Assembly (NCBI GenBank): GCA_963676215.2
Contig: CAXXVT010000002.1
Span: forward strand, 190,784 to 254,783
DNA from: Opitutales bacterium
Lineage (GTDB): Bacteria > Verrucomicrobiota > Verrucomicrobiia > Opitutales > JAFGAQ01
Direction of reading: 5' to 3'
Length of the DNA: 64,000 nt
Both the position numbers and the translations under genes were made by a program. Shown one piece after another: positions 59,559 to 64,000 of the stretch (positions are counted from its first letter, which is position 1; each line of letters starts with the position of its first letter). The notes beneath the pieces are model-generated. The model was given only the letters and a program-made list of their open reading frames with translations, had not been told where the DNA came from and made no database searches.

Positions 59559-59632
59559 ACTTATTCACAGTTGCCGCGATTCAGTCTCAATTTGATCTTG
59601 ATTGAATTGTAAAAAAACCCCATCTTTTTGAT

Positions 59633-61135
59633 GTGCTATCGGTGGAGGAAAAAGTCGGCCAGTTGAAACTGGAGCTTCGTAAAATTGCGAGCTTGGGATC
59701 GGTTTTGGAGCTATTGGAATGGGACCACCAGGTATTCCTGCCCAAAGGGGGGCAAGAACTTCGTGCTAGTCAGACGAGTGCGATGACCGAGATGGTGCAT
59801 CGGGCGCAAACCCATCCGAAATTTGGTAATTTGATCGATGACTTGTGTGAGGACATCGGTCAAATGGGATCGAAGGATCAGATCGTTGTTCTGGATGCCA
59901 AGAAGCAATTTGATCGATATTCGAGGATCCCGGAAGCATTTGCCGCAAAGAAAGCCGAACGTCAGAGTGCTGCCTATCAAACATGGTTAGGTGCGCGGGA
60001 GGCAAAGGACTTTGGCCGCTTTGCGGACTGTCTGCAGGAGCAAATTGATTTTTGTCGAGAGGAAGCCGCTTACGTGGGTTCCCATGAATCAGCGTATGAC
60101 TTTTGGTTGGATACGTTTGATCCTGGGTTGACCACGGAAATGATTGAACCGCTCTTTGAGACTCTTGGTAGGGCCATCTCAGGTATGGTGCCGCCGCTAT
60201 TGGAGGCTCAGAAGGGTCGTGCAACCTTTGACCCCCGAGCTTTCGATGTTCCTTCCCAACGTGAATTCTTGAAAGAGGTAGTGGGTAAAATAGGGTTTGA
60301 TTTCAATCACGGACGGATTGATGAGTCAGTCCATCCATTCTGTTCTGGCACAGGAATGGATATTCGTATGACAACTCGATTCTTCAAGGACAATCCATTG
60401 GATTCTCTTTACAGTGCGATTCACGAGGCGGGGCATGCGATGTATGAGCAAGGATTGCCTGTTGCTGAGTTTGGCAACGCCTTGGGATGCAGTGTTGGCA
60501 TGGCGATTCATGAATCTCAAAGCCGGTTGTGGGAAAATCAAGTGGCGCGGAGCGAAGCGTTTTGGGATTACTGGGAACCTCGGTATCGGGAATTATTTCC
60601 TGAGCAAATGGCATTGATCAACAAGGAACAATGGCTGAATAAAATCCATGAAGTGAAGTGTATTCCGATCCGAGTGGATTCAGATGAAGTGACCTACAAT
60701 TTGCACATCATCATTCGATTTGAGATGGAGAAAGCCCTCTTTGACGGATCCTTAGAAGTGCAGGATCTGCCTGAAGCGTGGAATGCAGCCTACGAAACTT
60801 ATTTAGGTTTTCGACCTGGAGATGACAAAGAAGGAGTGTTGCAGGACGTGCATTGGGCTTCGGGTGCTTTTGGCTATTTCCCCTCCTATACGGTTGGTAC
60901 TATGATATCAGCGCAATTGTGGGGTGCGATTAATGAAAAATCACCTAATATTGTAAAAAATATTCAAAAAGGAGAATTTCAACCGATTTTAACTTGGTTA
61001 AGGGACCATGTTCATGCAAAGGGTAAGCAGTATTCAACCCATGAGCTAGTCAAGGTTGCGACGGGAAATCCGCTTTCCGAAGTACCCCTTATCAACTACT
61101 TACGAGACAAATATTACGGATTTTATGGGATTTAG
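59633..61135 (+). CDS. Carboxypeptidase Taq family metallopeptidase (M32)
   Basis: The HEXXH motif is IHEAGHAMYEQG, and HESQSRLWEN, DEVTYNLHIIIRFEME and GYFPSYT are canonical M32 blocks. GTG start. Confidence 0.9.
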   Translation: MLSVEEKVGQLKLELRKIASLGSVLELLEWDHQVFLPKGGQELRASQTSAMTEMVHRAQTHPKFGNLIDDLCEDIGQMGSKDQIVVLDAKKQFDRYSRIPEAFAAKKAERQSAAYQTWLGAREAKDFGRFADCLQEQIDFCREEAAYVGSHESAYDFWLDTFDPGLTTEMIEPLFETLGRAISGMVPPLLEAQKGRATFDPRAFDVPSQREFLKEVVGKIGFDFNHGRIDESVHPFCSGTGMDIRMTTRFFKDNPLDSLYSAIHEAGHAMYEQGLPVAEFGNALGCSVGMAIHESQSRLWENQVARSEAFWDYWEPRYRELFPEQMALINKEQWLNKIHEVKCIPIRVDSDEVTYNLHIIIRFEMEKALFDGSLEVQDLPEAWNAAYETYLGFRPGDDKEGVLQDVHWASGAFGYFPSYTVGTMISAQLWGAINEKSPNIVKNIQKGEFQPILTWLRDHVHAKGKQYSTHELVKVATGNPLSEVPLINYLRDKYYGFYGI

Positions 61136-61682
61136 TCCTTTAAGTCCATCCGCTTTGAAACATTCCAAACGAGCTACCATTATCTGTGGAAGTCCCGGTT
61201 CCGGTAAATCCACGTATGCGAAAGCATTGGCAAACGCCCAAGGTGCTGTCCTGTTGGATATCGACACCTGTTCTGAGCGTTTGGTTATGGCAGGGTTAAA
61301 TATGGCGGGCTTGGATCCGATGGATCGAGATAGCCCCGAATTTAAAACAGCTTTCCGGGACGCTATTTATGAAACGATGTTTGATATCGCTTCAGAGAAT
61401 ATACCTCACTGCGATGTCGTATTGGTGGGACCTTTTACAAAGGAACTTCGCGTTGAAGACTGGCCAGAGCAATTGGTAGAGCGTCTAGAATCTAGAGTAA
61501 ACATTGTCTATGTTTACTGTGAGCCGAAGGAACGGAAAGAACGGCTCAAGGCTAGGAAAAATCCTAGGGACGATGGAAAGTTCGAGAATTACGAGGCGTT
61601 CAATCAGTATTACGGTGACGAAGGCAAACCGTCCTTTGAACACGCATTTATCGACACTTCGCAGTTCAAAAACCACTTTTAG
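61125..61682 (+). CDS. P-loop NTPase / small-molecule-kinase-like protein (AAA_33-like)
   Basis: The Walker A motif is ICGSPGSGKST, followed by LLDIDT. It is ~185 aa. The start is at ATG 61125 and overlaps the M32 stop by 11 nt. Confidence 0.65.
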   Translation: MGFSPLSPSALKHSKRATIICGSPGSGKSTYAKALANAQGAVLLDIDTCSERLVMAGLNMAGLDPMDRDSPEFKTAFRDAIYETMFDIASENIPHCDVVLVGPFTKELRVEDWPEQLVERLESRVNIVYVYCEPKERKERLKARKNPRDDGKFENYEAFNQYYGDEGKPSFEHAFIDTSQFKNHF

Positions 61683-61721
61683 AGCGATTTTTGTCGTTTT
61701 CTGATCCAATCCATCCCTCTA

Positions 61722-61737
61722 GTGTAGTGAGTTTAAA
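61722..61737. repeat. IS630 terminal inverted repeat (transposase-distal end)
   Basis: GTGTAGTGAGTTTAAA is the exact reverse complement of 62865..62880. Confidence 0.9.
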
Positions 61738-62812
61738 GTTTTCGACATAATTGAGCTACTTTTCCAAGAATCTGATCTGCAGAAGCCGACCAAACGAATG
61801 GTTTTGGATTTTCATTGTGTTTATCGATGTAATCGTTGATCGCCTGTTTAAGTTCAGTAGTTGCCCGGAATGAACCTCGGCGGATGCGATCATTAGTGAT
61901 TAAAGCGAAAAAGCGTTCTACTTGATTGAGCCAACTTGAATGCGTAGGAATGAAATGCAGATGCCAATGTGGGCGTTTATCCAACCATTGGTTGACCTCG
62001 ACAGTTTTGTGAGTGGCGTAGTTATCCAAGATGATGTGGATATCCATTTCTTTGGGAACCTCTCTTTCGATTTGTCGTAGAAACGCGAGAAACTCACGAC
62101 TACGGTGTTGCTGTTTCAAACTACTAATAATGCGTCCAGTTGCCACATCTAGTGCAGCGAACAAAGAAGTTGTGCCATGGCGGTAATAATCATGAGTTTG
62201 ACGTTCACTAGCACCGCAGCGAAGCGGCAAGATTGGCTGACTGCGTTCGAGAGCTTGTATTTGACTTTTCTCATCAACACAAAATACCAATGCGTTATCA
62301 GGAGGACTCATGTACAGCCCCACAACATCATGAACCTTCTCTACAAAATAAGGATCTTTAGACAATGTGAAACTCTCACAGCGATGAGGTTGCAATTTGA
62401 AAGCACGCCAAATCTTACTCACTGTACTTTGAGATAAACCTGTATGTGCAGCCATTTTGCGAGTGCTCCAATGCGTGGATGCTTGCGGTTTTTCTTCTAA
62501 TGTTAAACGCACTACTTCAGATATCTGCTGGTCACTCACAGTTGGGGGACGACCGCTACGAGGCAACTCACTCAAAGCTGCTATACCTCCCTGTGCGTAG
62601 CGTTTACGCCAATGACCCACTGTATGATTTTTCACTCCAAGTTGTTCAGCTATGGATTTATTACTCATATCATCGGCTGCTAATAACACGATTTTGGCGC
62701 GTTCAACTTCCTTGGCAGGCGCGTTCCGACGACGAGATAAACTTTCAAGATAATCACGATCTTGAGTGCTCAACTCTATTTTTGCTACCGGTCTTCCTCT
62801 TTTATTGCTCAT
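61733..62812 (-). CDS. IS630 family transposase (HTH + DDE domain)
   Basis: The N-terminal HTH regions are SNKSIAEQLGVKNHTVGHWRKRY and LSQSTVSKIWRAF. The DDE_3-type core is LVFCVDEKSQIQAL..., IILDNYATHKT and IPTHSSWLNQVERFFA. The frame is uninterrupted (359 aa). Confidence 0.9.
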   Translation of the reverse strand: MSNKRGRPVAKIELSTQDRDYLESLSRRRNAPAKEVERAKIVLLAADDMSNKSIAEQLGVKNHTVGHWRKRYAQGGIAALSELPRSGRPPTVSDQQISEVVRLTLEEKPQASTHWSTRKMAAHTGLSQSTVSKIWRAFKLQPHRCESFTLSKDPYFVEKVHDVVGLYMSPPDNALVFCVDEKSQIQALERSQPILPLRCGASERQTHDYYRHGTTSLFAALDVATGRIISSLKQQHRSREFLAFLRQIEREVPKEMDIHIILDNYATHKTVEVNQWLDKRPHWHLHFIPTHSSWLNQVERFFALITNDRIRRGSFRATTELKQAINDYIDKHNENPKPFVWSASADQILGKVAQLCRKL

Positions 62813-62864
62813 TCATATATGCTAAATGAATTGCTAACAAGGTACAAGCATTTATGATGATTAT

Positions 62865-62880
62865 TTTAAACTCACTACAC
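62865..62880. repeat. IS630 terminal inverted repeat (transposase-proximal end)
   Basis: TTTAAACTCACTACAC is the exact reverse complement of 61722..61737. Confidence 0.9.
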
Positions 62881-63116
62881 TAGAGTGCCTCCAAAAAATA
62901 CGAGCTAAGTTTTGTCGTACTAATATCAGTTTCTTAAAAACAAGGATATAGATAAGTTGTAATGGGTGTGCGACATTAGAGGTAGTTCGGAATAGCGACC
63001 GCCGTTGCTGTCCCACCACTCCATAATAACTTAACTGTACTCTACACCCCCTAAGTTGCTTTGTATCGAAAATCTGAAGGCGGAAGTGAGTATCAACTTA
63101 GAACCACTATTAACAA

Positions 63117-64000
63117 ATGAATTCTGAAAGACAGAAACCCACGAATTGCTTGGGCATTTTTTGGCAGAAATACCTAACAGTAGGTCTGCTCAGCTTTGCA
63201 GCTGCATCGGTGATCTCCGCTCAAACTGACGATTATAATAATGATGATGAAGTTTATGAGTTGGAAGCGTTTGAAGTAACCGCAGGTTTTGCCGGTTCTT
63301 TAGCTGCTGCAGCAGAAGTGAAGAAGACCCAGCCAGTCATTGTTGAAATGATTGTTGCTGAAGATATTGGAAAGCTTCCTGACTCTAGTATTGCGGAATC
63401 TCTGGCCCGTTTGCCAGGTCTCACCACTCAGCGCATCAATTCTCGTGCTCAAGGGATCGTGATCCGTGGTCTTGAAGGTGATTTTAGCACTGGACTATTG
63501 AATGGCCGTCAACAAGTGAGCACCTCTGGTGGTCGTTCCGTTGAGTTTGACCAGTATCCGGCTGAATTGATGAGCGGTGTAACTGTTTATAAAACCACAA
63601 CTCCTGGCCTCATTGGCCAAGGTCTTGCAGGTACCGTGAACATGATGACCGTTCGTCCGCTTTCTTTGGACAAGCGCATCTTGGCGACCAATGTCTTTTT
63701 TGAAAAGGCGAGTATGGGTAAACTTAACCCTGATTCTTCGGACTCAGGAATGAAATACTCTATCAACTATGCTGACCAATTCCTTGATGGAACACTTGGT
63801 GTTGCATTTGGTTATTCTCACACTGACCAAGCAGGCCAAGGCGAGCAATGGGAAGCATGGGGTTATCCTGAAACAGGTGATGGCGACTATGTCATTGGTG
63901 GTGCCAAGCCATTTGTTCGCTCCAGTGAACTCAAACGCAAAACTTACATGGGAGTGTTGGAATTCCGCCCAAACCGTTGGTTCCACACTACTTTTGATAT
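63117..64000 (+). CDS. TonB-dependent receptor (N-terminal plug and start of barrel); continues beyond the window
   Basis: Absent from the ORF track because there is no stop in the window. My translation from ATG 63117 gives MNSERQKPTNCLGIFWQKYLTVGLLSFAAASVISAQ..VYELEAFEVTAGFAGSL...IVAEDIGKLPDSSIAESLARLPGLTTQRINSRAQGIVIRGLEGDFSTGLLNGRQQVS...EFDQYPAELMSGVTVYKT. These are typical plug-domain blocks. Confidence 0.85.
   Translation, partial: MNSERQKPTNCLGIFWQKYLTVGLLSFAAASVISAQTDDYNNDDEVYELEAFEVTAGFAGSLAAAAEVKKTQPVIVEMIVAEDIGKLPDSSIAESLARLPGLTTQRINSRAQGIVIRGLEGDFSTGLLNGRQQVSTSGGRSVEFDQYPAELMSGVTVYKTTTPGLIGQGLAGTVNMMTVRPLSLDKRILATNVFFEKASMGKLNPDSSDSGMKYSINYADQFLDGTLGVAFGYSHTDQAGQGEQWEAWGYPETGDGDYVIGGAKPFVRSSELKRKTYMGVLEFRPNRWFHTTFD

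Larger units (their letters stand above)
61722..62880 (-). mobile_element. IS630-family insertion sequence, apparently intact (1159 bp)
   Basis: There is a single transposase ORF. Perfect terminal inverted repeats GTGTAGTGAGTTTAAA (61722..61737) and TTTAAACTCACTACAC (62865..62880) are each flanked by TA (61720-21, 62881-82) within CTCTAG...CTAGAG. This fits the IS630 habit of inserting at CTAG and duplicating TA. Confidence 0.85.

Noticed and set aside
59766-60224. 152-aa minus-strand ORF inside the M32 carboxypeptidase gene
   Set aside because: It is antisense to an unambiguous M32 peptidase, and its Pro/Ser/Gln-rich composition is not protein-like.
62883-63116. Possible cobalamin riboswitch upstream of the TonB-dependent receptor
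   Set aside because: No B12-box-like sequence is present. The leader may also have been truncated by the IS630 insertion.
1-64000. CRISPR arrays, rRNA genes, prophage or known defence-system cassettes
   Set aside because: Scanning both strands, I found no regularly spaced direct repeats. I also found no cas, integrase/terminase/capsid, restriction-methylase or toxin-antitoxin-like gene pairs. The only mobile DNA seen is the IS630 copy.

Overview
This is a 64-kb chromosomal window from a diderm (Gram-negative type) bacterium. Evidence for that: a TonB-dependent receptor, RlpA, a GT9 heptosyltransferase, a ydbH-ynbE-ydbL operon and a flagellin. I cannot assign taxonomy without a database search. 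The gene mix (SPINDLY/OGT-like TPR glycosyltransferases, HAL2-type nucleotidase, eukaryote-type NADP-IDH, sulfotransferase, peptidase M32) suggests a PVC-group or Verrucomicrobia-like genome, but that is only a guess.

I can support about 60 protein-coding genes, one tRNA-Cys(GCA), one intact IS630-family insertion sequence and several rho-independent terminators. No CRISPR array, rRNA or prophage is visible. Most of the window is housekeeping: xerD, hisF, ffh, aroK, ribE, sufT, obg, recN, modABC and icd.

Two regions look non-ordinary.
1. 37.6-48.7 kb: an orphan flagellin gene lies inside a glycosylation-type island (DegT aminotransferase, TPR+GT41-like transferase, GT4, methyltransferase relics, CgeB-like proteins, GT8-like protein). 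Four consecutive genes at 42.1-46.5 kb are disrupted by frameshifts. One frameshift lies a few nucleotides from a G8 homopolymer, so it could be a phase-variation switch, gene decay or a sequencing error.
2. 57.0-59.6 kb: an intact metallo-beta-lactamase 'ligase-associated' exonuclease is translationally coupled to an ATP-dependent-DNA-ligase-like ORF. That ORF contains no KxDG adenylation motif anywhere (SPDG at the expected place), which suggests a catalytically degenerate pseudo-ligase.

I did not find a convincing new defence or toxin system. All functional calls rest on motif recognition by eye and need HMM or BLAST confirmation.
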